Shown piece by piece: positions 47,156-61,419 of a stretch of 64,000 nucleotides of DNA. The notes beneath the pieces are model-generated. The model saw only the letters and a program-made list of their open reading frames with translations. It was not told the origin of the DNA and ran no database searches. Made by a program: the position numbers and the translations under genes. How positions within the stretch are numbered: position 1 is the first letter of the stretch; each line of letters starts with the position of its first letter. Origin of the DNA: a phage; assembly GCA_036930585.1 (NCBI GenBank), contig GCA_036930585.1_3066.1. One strand, given 5' to 3'.

Positions 47156-49138
47156 ATGGCAAATACCCCTGTAAATTATCAATTAACAAGAACAGCAAAT
47201 GCTATTCCCGAGATATTCGTCGGGGGTACGTTTGCTGAAATAAAACAAAACCTCATTGAATGGCTTAATGGCCAAAATGAATTTTTGGATTATGATTTTG
47301 AAGGCTCAAGATTAAACGTTCTGTGTGACCTTTTAGCTTATAATACATTGTACATTCAACAGTTTGGTAATGCTGCTGTGTATGAAAGCTTTATGCGTAC
47401 TGCTAACTTACGAAGTTCAGTTGTTCAAGCTGCACAAGATAACGGATATTTACCTACTTCAAAATCCGCTGCGCAGACCGAAATTATGTTAACATGCACC
47501 GACGCATTGAATAGGAATTACATTACTATTCCTCGCGGAACTCGCTTTTTAGCATATGCAAAAGATACTTCTGTTAATCCATATAACTTCGTTTCTACCG
47601 AAGACGTTATTGCTATTCGTGATAAAAATAACCAATATTTTCCGCGTTTAAAATTGGCCCAGGGACGTATAGTAAGAACTGAAATCATTTATGATAAATT
47701 AACACCTATTATCATTTATGATAAAAATATTGATAGAAACCAGGTTAAATTATACGTTAATGGAGCAGAATGGATTAACTGGACAAGAAAGTCAATGGTT
47801 CATGCTGGTTCTACATCGACAATTTACTACATGCGTGAAACTATTGATGGAAATACTGAATTCTATTTTGGTGAAGGTGAAATTTCTGTTAATGCTTCTG
47901 AAGGAGCTTTGACCGCTAATTATATCGGAGGTCTTAAACCTACTCAGAACTCTACGATTGTTATTGAGTACATCAGTACTAATGGTGCTGACGCGAACGG
48001 AGCAGTCGGATTTTCATACGCAGATACATTAACAAATATAACTGTCATCAATATTAATGAAAATCCAAACGATGACCCAGATTTTGTTGGGGCAGATGGC
48101 GGCGGTGATCCAGAAGATATTGAGCGTATCCGCGAATTGGGTACTATTAAACGCGAAACCCAGCAACGCTGCGTAACTGCGACTGACTATGATACATTCG
48201 TTTCAGAGAGATTTGGTTCTATTATTCAAGCAGTTCAGACTTTCACTGATTCTACTAAACCTGGTTATGCATTTATTGCTGCTAAACCTAAATCAGGCCT
48301 GTATTTAACTACTGTACAGCGTGAAGATATTAAAAATTATCTCAAAGACTATAATTTAGCTCCTATTACGCCATCAATTATTTCTCCTAATTATCTTTTT
48401 ATTAAGACTAATTTAAAAGTCACATATGCTTTAAATAAGCTGCAAGAATCCGAACAGTGGCTCGAAGGTCAAATAATTGATAAAATTGATCGTTATTATA
48501 CCGAAGACGTAGAAATTTTTAATTCATCTTTCGCTAAATCTAAGATGTTGACATATGTAGATGATGCAGATCATTCTATCATTGGCTCATCAGCGACAAT
48601 TCAAATTGTTCGTGAAGTACAAAACTTCTATAAAACGCCTGAAGCAGGTATTAAATACAATAATCAAATAAAAGATCGTTCTATGGAATCTAATACGTTT
48701 TCATTTAATTCTGGACGAAAGGTTGTAAATCCTGATACTGGTTTAGAAGAAGATGTATTATATGACGTTCGCATAGTATCAACAGACCGAGATTCTAAAG
48801 GAATTGGTAAAGTTATTATTGGTCCATTTGCTTCTGGCGATGTTACAGAAAATGAAAACATTCAGCCATATACAGGCAACGATTTTAACAAATTAGCAAA
48901 TTCTGATGGACGCGACAAATACTATGTTATCGGTGAAATAAATTATCCAGCTGATGTGATTTATTGGAATATCGCTAAAATTAATTTAACATCTGAAAAA
49001 TTTGAAGTTCAGACCATCGAATTATATTCTGACCCAACCGATGATGTTATCTTTACTCGCGACGGTTCACTGATTGTATTTGAAAATGACTTACGTCCAC
49101 AATACTTAACTATCGATTTGGAGCCTATATCACAATGA
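47156..49138 (+). CDS. 6: baseplate wedge protein gp6
   Basis: 660 aa; synteny and recall. Confidence 0.92.
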   Translation: MANTPVNYQLTRTANAIPEIFVGGTFAEIKQNLIEWLNGQNEFLDYDFEGSRLNVLCDLLAYNTLYIQQFGNAAVYESFMRTANLRSSVVQAAQDNGYLPTSKSAAQTEIMLTCTDALNRNYITIPRGTRFLAYAKDTSVNPYNFVSTEDVIAIRDKNNQYFPRLKLAQGRIVRTEIIYDKLTPIIIYDKNIDRNQVKLYVNGAEWINWTRKSMVHAGSTSTIYYMRETIDGNTEFYFGEGEISVNASEGALTANYIGGLKPTQNSTIVIEYISTNGADANGAVGFSYADTLTNITVININENPNDDPDFVGADGGGDPEDIERIRELGTIKRETQQRCVTATDYDTFVSERFGSIIQAVQTFTDSTKPGYAFIAAKPKSGLYLTTVQREDIKNYLKDYNLAPITPSIISPNYLFIKTNLKVTYALNKLQESEQWLEGQIIDKIDRYYTEDVEIFNSSFAKSKMLTYVDDADHSIIGSSATIQIVREVQNFYKTPEAGIKYNNQIKDRSMESNTFSFNSGRKVVNPDTGLEEDVLYDVRIVSTDRDSKGIGKVIIGPFASGDVTENENIQPYTGNDFNKLANSDGRDKYYVIGEINYPADVIYWNIAKINLTSEKFEVQTIELYSDPTDDVIFTRDGSLIVFENDLRPQYLTIDLEPISQ

Positions 49139-52100
49139 CAGTAAAAGCACCTTCAGTCACTAGTCTCAGAATTTCCAAGTTATCCGCAAATCAGGTGCAA
49201 GTACGCTGGGATGACGTTGGTGCTAATTTCTACTATTTTGTAGAAATCGCTGAGACAAAAACGAACTCGGGGGAAAATCTCCCGAGTAATCAATACAGAT
49301 GGATTAACTTAGGATATACTGCAAATAACAGCTTCTTTTTTGATGATGCTGACCCATTGACATCATACATTATCAGAGTAGCTACAGCTGCGCAAGATTT
49401 TGAGCAGTCTGATTGGATTTATACCGAAGAGTTTGAAACTTTTGCTACAAATGCTTATACATTTCAAAACATGATTGAAATGCAATTAGCCAATAAATTC
49501 ATTCAGGAAAAATTTACTCTTAATAATTCTGATTATGTTAATTTTAACAATGACACTATAATGGCTGCATTGATGAATGAATCATTTCAATTCAGCCCAT
49601 CGTATGTTGATGTTTCATCAATAAGTAATTTTATTATTGGTGAAAATGAGTATCATGAAATACAAGGTTCTATTCAGCAAGTATGTAAGGATATTAACCG
49701 AGTTTATTTGATGGAATCAGAAGGGATTCTATATCTTTTTGAGCGCTATCAGCCTGTAGTTAAAGTATCCAATGATAAAGGACAAACCTGGAAAGCTGTA
49801 AAGCTCTTCAATGACCGTGTAGGATATCCTTTATCTAAGACAGTATATTACCAATCTGCAAACACAACATACGTTCTAGGATACGACAAGATTTTCTATG
49901 GCCGTAAATCGACTGACGTTAGATGGTCAGCAGATGATGTCAGATTCAGTTCGCAGGATATAACATTTGCTAAACTTGGCGACCAGTTACATTTAGGATT
50001 TGATGTAGAAATCTTTGGTACTTATGCGACTTTACCAGCGAATGTATATCGTATAGCTGAAGCCATTACTTGTACGGATGATTATATCTATGTTGTTGCC
50101 AGAGATAAAGTTAGATATATAAAAACGAGCAATGCACCTATAGATTCTGATCCATTATCTCCAACATATTCGGAAAGGCTATTTGAATCTGATACAATGA
50201 CTATAACTGGAAATCCTAAAGCAGTATGCTATAAAATGGATTCTATTGGTGATAAAGTTTTTGCTCTTATTATCGGTGAAGTTGAAACATTAAATGCTAA
50301 TCCTAGAACGTCAAAAATAATTGATTCTATTGATAAAGGAATATATGTTTTAAATCATGACACAAAAACGTGGAAAAGAGTTTTTGGCAACACTGAAGAA
50401 GAAAGAAGACGTATTCAACCTGGGTATGCGAATATGTCAACTGATGGTAAATTAGTTTCTCTATCTTCGAGTAATTTTAAATTTTTAAATGATAACGTTG
50501 TTAATGACCCTGAAACTGTAGCAAAATATCAGTTAATCGGTGCCGTTAAATATGAATTTCCTCGTGAATGGTTAGCTGATAAGCAGTATCATATGATGGC
50601 ATTTATAGCAGATGAAAAGTCTGATTGGGAAACTTTTACGCCTCAGCCAATGAAATACTATGCAGAACCATTCTTTAACTGGTCTAAAAAGTCTAATACA
50701 CGGTGCTGGATAAACAACTCTAATAGGGCTGTGGTAGTTTATGCAGATTTAAAATATACTAAAGTTATTGAAAATTTTCCAGAAACATCGCCAGATAGAT
50801 TAGTTCATGAATACTGGGATGACGGCGATTGCACTATAGTAATGCCAAACGTTAAATTCACGGGATTTAAAAAATATGCGTCTGGGATGCTTTTTTATAA
50901 ATCTTCTGGTGAAATAATTTCTTATTATGATTTTAACTATCGTGTGAGAGATACAGTAGAAATTATTTGGAAGCCGACTGGAGTATTTTTAAAAGCATTT
51001 TTACAAAACCAAGAGCATGAGACTCCTTGGGCACCAGAAGAAGAGCATGGATTAGCTGACCCTGATTTAAGACCATTAATTGGCACAATGATGCCTGATT
51101 CTTATTTGTTGCAGGATTCGAATTTTGAGGCATTTTGTGAAGCATATATTCAATATCTTTCTGACGGATACGGAACTCAGTATAATAATTTACGAAATTT
51201 AATTCGTAATCAGTATCCACGAGAAGAGCATGCGTGGGAATATTTGTGGTCAGAGATATATAAAAGAAACATTTATTTAAATGCTGACAAACGTGATGCT
51301 GTTGCAAGATTTTTTGAATCACGTAGTTATGATTTTTATTCTACTAAAGGAATTGAAGCATCATACAAATTTCTTTTTAAAGTTCTTTATAATGAAGAAG
51401 TTGAAATTGAAATTGAATCTGGAGCTGGTACTGAATATGATATAATCGTTCAATCTGATTCTTTGACTGAGGATTTAGTAGGACAAACGATTTATACAGC
51501 TACAGGAAGATGTAATGTTACTTATATAGAAAGAAGTTATTCTAATGGTAAATTGCAATGGACCGTGACTATACATAATCTTTTGGGGCGTTTAATAGCA
51601 GGGCAAGAAGTTAAAGCAGAAAGACTTCCTAGTTTTGAAGGCGAAATTATTCGTGGGGTTAAAGGAAAGGATTTGCTTCAAAATAATATAGACTATATTA
51701 ATAGAAGTCGATCATATTATGTAATGAAAATTAAATCCAATTTACCTTCTTCTCGTTGGAAATCTGACGTTATTCGTTTTGTTCATCCAGTAGGATTTGG
51801 ATTTATAGCAATCACGCTTTTAACTATGTTTATTAATGTCGGTTTAACTCTTAAACACACAGAGACAATAATTAATAAATATAAAAACTACAAATGGGAT
51901 TCTGGATTGCCTACTGAATATGCTGATAGAGTAGCTAAATTAACTCCAACTGGCGAAATTGAACATGATTCAGTAACAGGAGAAGCAATTTATGAACCTG
52001 GCCCAATGGCTGGTGTAAAATATCCTCTTCCTGATGACTATAATGCTGAAAATAATAATTCAATATTTCAAGGTCAATTGCCTTCTGAACGACGCAAGTT

Positions 52101-52233
52101 AATGAGTCCTCTATTTGACGCATCTGGAACAACATTTGCACAATTTAGGGATTTAGTTAATAAACGTCTAAAAGATAATATAGGAAATCCAAGAGACCCT
52201 GAAAATCCAACACAGGTTAAAATAGATGAATGA
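49135..52233 (+). CDS. 7: baseplate wedge protein gp7
   Basis: 1032 aa; synteny and recall. Confidence 0.92.
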   Translation: MTVKAPSVTSLRISKLSANQVQVRWDDVGANFYYFVEIAETKTNSGENLPSNQYRWINLGYTANNSFFFDDADPLTSYIIRVATAAQDFEQSDWIYTEEFETFATNAYTFQNMIEMQLANKFIQEKFTLNNSDYVNFNNDTIMAALMNESFQFSPSYVDVSSISNFIIGENEYHEIQGSIQQVCKDINRVYLMESEGILYLFERYQPVVKVSNDKGQTWKAVKLFNDRVGYPLSKTVYYQSANTTYVLGYDKIFYGRKSTDVRWSADDVRFSSQDITFAKLGDQLHLGFDVEIFGTYATLPANVYRIAEAITCTDDYIYVVARDKVRYIKTSNAPIDSDPLSPTYSERLFESDTMTITGNPKAVCYKMDSIGDKVFALIIGEVETLNANPRTSKIIDSIDKGIYVLNHDTKTWKRVFGNTEEERRRIQPGYANMSTDGKLVSLSSSNFKFLNDNVVNDPETVAKYQLIGAVKYEFPREWLADKQYHMMAFIADEKSDWETFTPQPMKYYAEPFFNWSKKSNTRCWINNSNRAVVVYADLKYTKVIENFPETSPDRLVHEYWDDGDCTIVMPNVKFTGFKKYASGMLFYKSSGEIISYYDFNYRVRDTVEIIWKPTGVFLKAFLQNQEHETPWAPEEEHGLADPDLRPLIGTMMPDSYLLQDSNFEAFCEAYIQYLSDGYGTQYNNLRNLIRNQYPREEHAWEYLWSEIYKRNIYLNADKRDAVARFFESRSYDFYSTKGIEASYKFLFKVLYNEEVEIEIESGAGTEYDIIVQSDSLTEDLVGQTIYTATGRCNVTYIERSYSNGKLQWTVTIHNLLGRLIAGQEVKAERLPSFEGEIIRGVKGKDLLQNNIDYINRSRSYYVMKIKSNLPSSRWKSDVIRFVHPVGFGFIAITLLTMFINVGLTLKHTETIINKYKNYKWDSGLPTEYADRVAKLTPTGEIEHDSVTGEAIYEPGPMAGVKYPLPDDYNAENNNSIFQGQLPSERRKLMSPLFDASGTTFAQFRDLVNKRLKDNIGNPRDPENPTQVKIDE

Positions 52234-53230
52234 TTCAAGTGTTATCTATCGTGCGATAGTTACTTCAAAATTTAGAACAGAAAAAATGTTGAATTTTTAT
52301 AATTCAATTGGGAGTGGTCCGGATAAAAACACTATCTTTATCACATTTGGAAGGTCAGAACCGTGGTCATCAAATGAAAATGAGGTGGGCTTTGCCCCAC
52401 CTTATCCAACCGATTCTGTATTAGGCGTAACTGACATGTGGACGCATATGATGGGAACAGTAAAAGTTCTTCCATCAATGCTTGACGCTGTTATTCCTCG
52501 CAGAGATTGGGGAGATACTAGATATCCGGATCCATACACATTTAGAATTAACGATATTGTAGTGTGTAACTCAGCTCCTTACAACGCTACTGAATCAGGC
52601 GCAGGCTGGTTAGTATATCGTTGTTTAGATGTTCCTGATACCGGAATGTGTTCAATAGCATCTTTAACTAATAAGGATGAATGCCTCAAATTAGGCGGAA
52701 AATGGACTCCTTCTGTTAGGTCAATGACTCCTCCTAAAGGTCGAGGAGATGCGGAAGGAACAATCGAACCTGGAGACGGATATGTTTGGGAATATCTTTT
52801 TGAGATTCCGCCCGATGTATCTATAAATAGATGCACAAATGAATATATCGTAGTTCCTTGGCCTGAGGAATTAAAAGAAGATCCAACTAGATGGGGGTAT
52901 GAAGATAATCTCACTTGGCAACAAGATGATTTTGGATTAATTTACCGGGTTAAGGCAAATACTATCCGTTTTAAAGCATATTTAGATTCAGTTTACTTTC
53001 CTGATGCTGCATTGCCAGGAAATAAAGGATTTAGACAAATATCAATAATCACAAATCCTCTTGAAGCTAAAGCTCATCCAAATGACCCAAATGTTAAAGC
53101 TGAAAAGGATTATTATGATCCAGAAGATTTAATGAGGCATTCGGGCGAAATGATTTATATGGAAAATAGGCCACCTATTATCATGGCAATGGATCAGACA
53201 GAAGAAATCAATATTCTGTTTACATTTTAA
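52226..53230 (+). CDS. 8: baseplate wedge protein gp8
   Basis: 334 aa; synteny and recall. Confidence 0.92.
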   Translation: MNDSSVIYRAIVTSKFRTEKMLNFYNSIGSGPDKNTIFITFGRSEPWSSNENEVGFAPPYPTDSVLGVTDMWTHMMGTVKVLPSMLDAVIPRRDWGDTRYPDPYTFRINDIVVCNSAPYNATESGAGWLVYRCLDVPDTGMCSIASLTNKDECLKLGGKWTPSVRSMTPPKGRGDAEGTIEPGDGYVWEYLFEIPPDVSINRCTNEYIVVPWPEELKEDPTRWGYEDNLTWQQDDFGLIYRVKANTIRFKAYLDSVYFPDAALPGNKGFRQISIITNPLEAKAHPNDPNVKAEKDYYDPEDLMRHSGEMIYMENRPPIIMAMDQTEEINILFTF

Positions 53231-53235
53231 ATTAA

Positions 53236-53260
53236 GGGAGCCCATGGGCTCCCTTTTTTC
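53236..53260 (+). terminator. intrinsic terminator (gggagccc-atgggctccc then TTTTTT)
   Basis: directly after gene 8 stop. Confidence 0.7.
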
Positions 53261-53262
53261 TT

Positions 53263-53270
53263 TATAAATA
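53263..53270 (+). promoter_or_regulatory. late promoter TATAAATA (for gene 9)
   Basis: exact consensus ~25 nt upstream of gp9 ATG. Confidence 0.65.
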
Positions 53271-53294
53271 CTATAAACTCATAAGGAAACCGCT

Positions 53295-54161
53295 ATGTTC
53301 ATTCAAGAACCAAAGAAATTGATTGATACCGGCGAAATTGGTAACGCTTCTACTGGTGATATCTTATTCGACGGTGGTAATAAAATTAATAGTGATTTTA
53401 ACGCAATTTATAATGCGTTTGGCGATCAGCGTAAAATGGCAGTAGCAAATGGCACTGGAGCAGATGGTCAAATTATCCATGCTACTGGATATTATCAAAA
53501 GCACTCTATCGCGGAGTACGCAACTCCAGTGAAAGTTGGCACTAGACATGATATTGATACCTCTACTGTAGGTGTTAAAGTTATTATTGAAAGAGGAGAA
53601 CTTGGCGATTGTGTTGAATTCATTAACTCTAATGGATCAATATCAGTTACTAATCCTTTAACGATTCAGGCTATTGATTCAATTAAAGGCGTTTCAGGTA
53701 ATTTAGTAGTAACTAGTCCATATAGTAAAGTTACTTTACGTTGTATTTCATCTGATAATTCTACGTCGGTTTGGAATTATTCTATTGAAAGTATGTTTGG
53801 TCAAAAGGAATCACCTGCTGAAGGTACATGGAATATTTCTACATCTGGGTCAGTTGACATTCCATTGTTTCATCGTACTGAATATAACATGGCTAAATTG
53901 TTAGTTACATGCCAATCAGTAGATGGAAGAAAAATTAAAACGGCAGAAATAAATATTCTTGTAGATACTGTTAATTCAGCGGTCATTTCTTCTGAATATG
54001 CTGTCATGCGGGTTGGAAATGAAACAGAAGAAGACGAAATCGCTAATATTGCATTTAGTATTAAAGAAAATTACGTAACGGCGACTATAAGTTCTTCAAC
54101 TGTCGGTATGAGAGCAGCAGTTAAAGTTATCGCTACGCAGAAAATCGGGGTGGCTCAATAA
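53295..54161 (+). CDS. 9: baseplate wedge / long-tail-fibre socket protein gp9
   Basis: 288 aa; synteny and recall. Confidence 0.92.
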   Translation: MFIQEPKKLIDTGEIGNASTGDILFDGGNKINSDFNAIYNAFGDQRKMAVANGTGADGQIIHATGYYQKHSIAEYATPVKVGTRHDIDTSTVGVKVIIERGELGDCVEFINSNGSISVTNPLTIQAIDSIKGVSGNLVVTSPYSKVTLRCISSDNSTSVWNYSIESMFGQKESPAEGTWNISTSGSVDIPLFHRTEYNMAKLLVTCQSVDGRKIKTAEINILVDTVNSAVISSEYAVMRVGNETEEDEIANIAFSIKENYVTATISSSTVGMRAAVKVIATQKIGVAQ

Positions 54162-55966
54162 TGAAACAAAATATTAATATCGGTAATGTTGTAGATGATG
54201 GTACCGGTGACTACCTGCGTAAAGGTGGTATAAAAATAAATAAAAACTTTGATGAGCTTTATTATGAACTCGGTGATGGTAATGTTCCATATTCAGCCGG
54301 TGCTTGGAAAACTTATAATGCTTCATCTGGGCAAACATTAAAAGCTAAGTGGGGAAAATCATACGCTATTAATACTTCGTCTGGAAGAGTAACTTTACAA
54401 CTTCCTAAAGGAACTGTTAATGATTATAATAAAGTAATTAGAGCTAGGGATGTATTTGCAACATGGAACATTAATCCAGTTACTTTAGTAGCTGCTTCTG
54501 GGGATACAATTAAAGGGTCGTCATCGTCAGTTGAAATTAATATTCAATTTAGTGATTTAGAGCTCGTTTATTGTGCTCCAGGACGTTGGGAATATGTCAA
54601 AAACAAACAAATTGACAAAATTATTAGTTCAGATATTAGTAATGTAGCACGTAAAGAATTTTTAGTCGAAGTTCAAGGACAAACAGACTTTTTAGATGTT
54701 TTCCGCGGAACTAGCTATAATGTTAATAACATCCGAGTAAAACACCGTGGTAATGAATTATATTACGGCGATGTATTTAGTGAAAACAGTGACTTTGGCT
54801 CTCCTGGGGAAAATGAAGGAGAATTGATTCCTCTTGATGGATTTAATATTAGGTTAAGACAGCCTTGTAATATTGGTGACACTGTTCAAATTGAAACATT
54901 TATGGATGGTATATCACAATGGAGAAGTTCATATACAAGACGCCAAATAAAAGTATTAGATTCAAAATTAACGTCAAAAACTTCTTTAGAAGGAAGTATT
55001 TACGTTACTGATTTATCAACAATGAAATCAATTCCATTCTCTGCGTTTGGATTAATTCCTGGAGAACCTATTAATCCTAATTCTCTTGAAGTTCGTTTTA
55101 ATGGAATTTTACAACAACAAGCTGGAACAGCAGGATATCCTCTGTTTTTGTGTGAAGGTGCTAACTCAGATACGCAAGCAGGATGTATATCTCTTGGTGG
55201 TGAATGGAAAGAATCTAACACAGATTATTCTATAGAATATGAAGATGGAAAACCTGTCAGTCTTTTATTTGATAGAAAATTTGAATCAGGTGATATAATC
55301 GTTATAACATGGTTTAATAATGATTTAGGAACTCTTTTAGAAAAAGATGACATTATTGAATTAACTGATGACCGTTATGTTAGTAAAGGATCATCTACTG
55401 AAGTTACTGGGGATGTAGCCTTAACAGATTTTGATAAAATCGGTTGGCCAAATGTTGAAAAAGTTGATTCTTATACTAGAACGTATAATTCAATATCATC
55501 TATTTTCGATAGCATTTATCCTGTAGGTTCAATTTATGAAAATGCTATAAACCCAAATAATCCGGTGACTTATATGGGGTTTGGTTCGTGGAAATTATTT
55601 GGTAAAGGACAAGTTTTAGTAGGATGGAATGATGATGTTACAGATCCAAACTTTGCATTAAACAATAATGATTTAGATTCTAGCGGAAATCCTTCACACA
55701 CTGCCGGTGGAACAGTTGGAACAACGTCAGTAACGCTTGAAAATGCAAATCTTCCTGCGACTAAAACTGACGAAAGAGTTTTAATTGAAGATGAAAATGG
55801 ATCAGTTATTATTGGAGGTTGTCAATATGACCCAGACGAAACTGGTCCTATATATACAAAATATCGTGAAGACTACGCAACAACAAACTCTTCACATACT
55901 CCTCCTACTAATATTAGTAATATTCAACCGTCTATTACTGTATACCGTTGGATAAGGATTGCATAA
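54161..55966 (+). CDS. 10: baseplate wedge / tail pin protein gp10
   Basis: 601 aa; synteny and recall. Confidence 0.92.
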   Translation: MKQNINIGNVVDDGTGDYLRKGGIKINKNFDELYYELGDGNVPYSAGAWKTYNASSGQTLKAKWGKSYAINTSSGRVTLQLPKGTVNDYNKVIRARDVFATWNINPVTLVAASGDTIKGSSSSVEINIQFSDLELVYCAPGRWEYVKNKQIDKIISSDISNVARKEFLVEVQGQTDFLDVFRGTSYNVNNIRVKHRGNELYYGDVFSENSDFGSPGENEGELIPLDGFNIRLRQPCNIGDTVQIETFMDGISQWRSSYTRRQIKVLDSKLTSKTSLEGSIYVTDLSTMKSIPFSAFGLIPGEPINPNSLEVRFNGILQQQAGTAGYPLFLCEGANSDTQAGCISLGGEWKESNTDYSIEYEDGKPVSLLFDRKFESGDIIVITWFNNDLGTLLEKDDIIELTDDRYVSKGSSTEVTGDVALTDFDKIGWPNVEKVDSYTRTYNSISSIFDSIYPVGSIYENAINPNNPVTYMGFGSWKLFGKGQVLVGWNDDVTDPNFALNNNDLDSSGNPSHTAGGTVGTTSVTLENANLPATKTDERVLIEDENGSVIIGGCQYDPDETGPIYTKYREDYATTNSSHTPPTNISNIQPSITVYRWIRIA

Positions 55967-56625
55967 TGAGTTTACTTAATAATAAAGCGGGAGTTATTTC
56001 CCGCTTAGCAGATTTTCTTGGTTTTAGAACTAAGAAAAATGATATTTCGATTATGAATAATCAGCCAGTAGGCGCTGTAACAATTTCACAAATATCAAAA
56101 GGTTTTTATGATTCAAATGTAGAATCTGCTATCAATGACGTTAGAAATATGGCAGAGCAACCGGTTGGAGCTGTATTAGTTAATATAAGCGGCGTATCTC
56201 CTACTGGCGTGCAACAAACCGACTATTGGTCATTTGAAGGAACTGTTACTGATACTTCAGTCAAATCAGGTGACCCAGTTATTGTTAACATGTTTGGTAT
56301 TCCAGTTAAAGCTACTAATGGAATGACTTCAATTGAATTTACTAGTGCCGTTAGAATAGCTCTACAGGAAATGGTTGTAAAATTTATTGCAATTGATTCA
56401 TTTGAAGACCATCCTACCATAGGAAATAAAATACAAGTTAAGTATTTAGATAACCAAGAACATATCTTAGAACAATACTCTGATAAAGGAATTACTTTCA
56501 AACAGGAAATAATTTCTCCTTCTAAACCTGGGTATGGAACTTGGCAATTATTAGGTGCGCAAACTGTTACGCTAGATAGTCACACACAACCTACAGTATT
56601 TTATTATTTTGAGAGAGTAGCATGA
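55966..56625 (+). CDS. 11: baseplate wedge / short-tail-fibre attachment protein gp11
   Basis: start at [20 protein letters not shown] (TAATG overlap with gp10 stop); track ORF extension rejected. Confidence 0.9.
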   Translation: MSLLNNKAGVISRLADFLGFRTKKNDISIMNNQPVGAVTISQISKGFYDSNVESAINDVRNMAEQPVGAVLVNISGVSPTGVQQTDYWSFEGTVTDTSVKSGDPVIVNMFGIPVKATNGMTSIEFTSAVRIALQEMVVKFIAIDSFEDHPTIGNKIQVKYLDNQEHILEQYSDKGITFKQEIISPSKPGYGTWQLLGAQTVTLDSHTQPTVFYYFERVA

Positions 56626-58178
56626 GTAACAATACATATCAGCACGTATCAAATGAATCAAAATATGTTAAATTCGATCCTACTGGATCGAATTTTCCTG
56701 GCACTGTTACGACAGTACAGTCTGCATTATCAAAAATAAGTAATATCGGCGTAAATGGTATTCCTGATGCAACTATGGAAGTTAAAGGAATAGCAATGAT
56801 TGCGTCAGAGCAAGAGGTTTTAGATGGAACTAATAATTCTAAAATCGTTACACCAGCTACATTAGCAACAAGATTATTGTATCCAAATGCTACTGAAACT
56901 AAATATGGTTTAACGCGTTATTCAACAAATGAAGAAACATTAAAAGGCTCAGATAATAATTCATCAATAACACCACAAAAACTGAAATACCACACTGACG
57001 ATGTGTTCAAAAATAGATATTCGTCTGAGTCATCAAACGGGGTTATTAAAATATCATCTACACCTGCAGCTTTGGCTGGAGTTGATGATACTACTGCGAT
57101 GACTCCGCTAAAAACCCAAAAACTTGCAATAAAATTAATTTCGCAAATAGCTCCTTCAGAAGACACTGCAACAGAATCGGTGAGAGGAGTAGTTCAATTA
57201 TCTACTGTTGCACAAATTCGTCAAGGAACTCTCCGCGAAGGATATGCAATTTCCCCGTATACCTTTATGAATTCTGTTGCAACACATGAATATAAGGGTG
57301 TTATACGCCTAGGAACGCAGACTGAAATTAATAATAATTTGGGTGGTGTTGCAGTAACAGGTGAAACACTAAATGGTCGAGGAGCTACCGGTTCTATGCG
57401 TGGAGTAGTTAAATTAACGACGCAAGCCGGTATTGCCCCTGAAGGTGATAGCTCTGGAGCATTAGCATGGAACGCAGATGTAATTAATACTCGTGGTGGA
57501 CAAACTATTAATGGTTCTTTAAATTTAGACCATCTTACAGCAAACGGAATTTGGTCACGCGGTGGAATGTGGAAAAATGGCGATCAACCTGTTGCCACTG
57601 AAAGATATGCGTCAGAAAGGGTTCCAGTTGGAACTATTATGATGTTTGCGGGTGATTCAGCACCTCCAGGTTGGAGTATGTGTCATGGTGGAACCGTGTC
57701 AGGTGACCAATTTCCTGATTATAGAAACGTAGTTGGAACAAGATTTGGTGGGGATTGGAATAACCCTGGCATTCCTGATATGCGAGGTCTTTTCGTCAGA
57801 GGAGCTGGCACAGGAAGTCATATTTTAAATCAACGAGGACAAGATGGTTACGGGAAGGATAGACTTGGTGTAGGATGTGACGGAATGCATGTCGGTGGTG
57901 TTCAGGCACAACAAATATCATACCATAAACATGCTGGTGCCTGGGGGGAAAATGGAAATAACAGAGGTTATGCACCGTTTGGCGCATCTAATGGCAATGG
58001 ATATTTGGGCAATGGTAGAAGCGCCGACTGGGACAACCATTTGTTCTTTACTAATGACGGATCTGAAATGGGTGGTCCTCGTGACTCGTTCGGCACGTTA
58101 AATCGTGAAGGATTAATTGGTTATGAAACTAGACCATGGAATATATCATTAAACTATATTATTAAAGTTCATTACTAA
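56622..58178 (+). CDS. 12: short tail fibre protein gp12
   Basis: 518 aa; matches T4 gp12 by recall. Confidence 0.92.
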   Translation: MSNNTYQHVSNESKYVKFDPTGSNFPGTVTTVQSALSKISNIGVNGIPDATMEVKGIAMIASEQEVLDGTNNSKIVTPATLATRLLYPNATETKYGLTRYSTNEETLKGSDNNSSITPQKLKYHTDDVFKNRYSSESSNGVIKISSTPAALAGVDDTTAMTPLKTQKLAIKLISQIAPSEDTATESVRGVVQLSTVAQIRQGTLREGYAISPYTFMNSVATHEYKGVIRLGTQTEINNNLGGVAVTGETLNGRGATGSMRGVVKLTTQAGIAPEGDSSGALAWNADVINTRGGQTINGSLNLDHLTANGIWSRGGMWKNGDQPVATERYASERVPVGTIMMFAGDSAPPGWSMCHGGTVSGDQFPDYRNVVGTRFGGDWNNPGIPDMRGLFVRGAGTGSHILNQRGQDGYGKDRLGVGCDGMHVGGVQAQQISYHKHAGAWGENGNNRGYAPFGASNGNGYLGNGRSADWDNHLFFTNDGSEMGGPRDSFGTLNREGLIGYETRPWNISLNYIIKVHY

Positions 58179-58187
58179 GGATTACAA

Positions 58188-59645
58188 ATGATTGAATTAA
58201 AAGATTTACCTTTTGTTGATAGCGTTCCTGACGAAGGTCAGGAACGTATTTCATGGATTAAAAATGGTGAAGAAATACTAGGAGCTAGCACTAAGTATGG
58301 AAACGATGGATCAATGAATAGACCAATTGTTTCCGTGTTTAAAAACGTCGAGGTTCTTGATGAAAATGTGGGAATTCTTAAAACTGCCATTGAAACATCG
58401 CAGAAAGATATTAAAACAATTCAAGGAGTTTTAGATGTATCAGGAGATATAGAAGCACTATCGCAGATCAGTGTTAATAAAAATGACATATCGAATTTAA
58501 AGACACTTACCAGTGAACACACTGATATATTAACTGGAACTAATAATACAGTTGACAAAATTATTGCTGATATAGGTCCATTTAATGATGAAGAAAACTC
58601 TGTTTATAGAACAATTAGAAATGATTTATTGTGGATTAAACAAGAACTAGGGCAATATTCTCACCAAGACATTAACGGTCTTCCTGTTGTTGGTAATGCT
58701 AGCACAGGAATGAAACACAGAATAATAACAAATAGTACATTATTATCTTCACAAGGCATTCGTTTAAGTGAATTAGAAAATAAATTTACTGAATCTGACG
58801 TAGGATCATTGACGGTTAAAGTTGGTAAATTACGCGATGAACTTGGTAATAAACCAGTAGATTTTGGGCCAAATATTTATAATAGATTAAACACCATAGA
58901 TGATAAACAAACTTTAATAATTTCTGATATAGCAGAAATTAAATCTTCTATTGGATACCCAGAAAATGTTTCTATAATAACAGAAATTAATAATAACAAA
59001 AGTAGCATTGAAGCTATTAATAATGAATTAAATCAGAGTGAAGGTGTTAAACAGCGCTTAACGGCTATTGAAACTTCTATAGGTTCAGATGATATTCCTT
59101 CTAGTATTAAAGGAAAAATTAAAAATCACACAACTTCTATTGAGTATTTAAACGGAATTGTTGGTGAAAACACTTCGTCTGGTTTAAGAGCGAATGTTTC
59201 GTGGTTAAATCAAATTGTTGGAACTGACTCCAGCGGAGGACAACCGTCTCCTTCTGGATCTCTATTAAATAGAGTTTCAGTGCTTGAAGGAGAAGTTTCA
59301 GTTTTAAACAATAATGTTCAAAATATACAAGTTGAAATAGGAAATAATAGAACAGGAATTAAAGGTCAAGTTATTGAACTTACTTCACTTATAAATGGAA
59401 ATAATCCTGACGGATCAACTGTTGAAGAACGAGGATTAACTAATTCTATAAAAACGAATGAAACCAACATTGCGGCAGTCACACATGAAGTAAATACAGC
59501 TAAAGACAATATATCCTCTTTACAGAGCAGCGTTCAAGCTCTACAAGAAGCAGGTTATATTCCTGAAGCTCCAAAAGATGGCCAAGCTTACGTTCGTAAA
59601 GACGGCGAATGGGTACTACTTTCTACCTTTTTATCACCAGCATAA
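58188..59645 (+). CDS. wac: fibritin (whisker antigen control), C-terminal foldon
   Basis: 485 aa coiled-coil; C-terminus [27 protein letters not shown]. Confidence 0.95.
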   Translation: MIELKDLPFVDSVPDEGQERISWIKNGEEILGASTKYGNDGSMNRPIVSVFKNVEVLDENVGILKTAIETSQKDIKTIQGVLDVSGDIEALSQISVNKNDISNLKTLTSEHTDILTGTNNTVDKIIADIGPFNDEENSVYRTIRNDLLWIKQELGQYSHQDINGLPVVGNASTGMKHRIITNSTLLSSQGIRLSELENKFTESDVGSLTVKVGKLRDELGNKPVDFGPNIYNRLNTIDDKQTLIISDIAEIKSSIGYPENVSIITEINNNKSSIEAINNELNQSEGVKQRLTAIETSIGSDDIPSSIKGKIKNHTTSIEYLNGIVGENTSSGLRANVSWLNQIVGTDSSGGQPSPSGSLLNRVSVLEGEVSVLNNNVQNIQVEIGNNRTGIKGQVIELTSLINGNNPDGSTVEERGLTNSIKTNETNIAAVTHEVNTAKDNISSLQSSVQALQEAGYIPEAPKDGQAYVRKDGEWVLLSTFLSPA

Positions 59646-59647
59646 CA

Positions 59648-59663
59648 CGGGGCCGCAAGGCCC
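59648..59663 (+). other. GC hairpin (ggggcc-gcaa-ggcccc) without clear U-tract; possible weak terminator or RNA stability element
   Basis: inverted repeat right after wac stop. Confidence 0.4.
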
Positions 59664-59676
59664 CAAAGGATTTTAA

Positions 59677-61378
<1,702 letters not shown>

Positions 61379-61419
61379 TAAATATTATAAACTAATTAAA
61401 GCCCAGATTAGGAGAAATC

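Noticed and set aside
55948-55965. Track start of gene 11 ([10 protein letters not shown]...)
   Set aside because: The extension overlaps the gp10 C-terminus; the T4-like start MSLLNNKAG at 55966 forms a TAATG junction with the gp10 stop.
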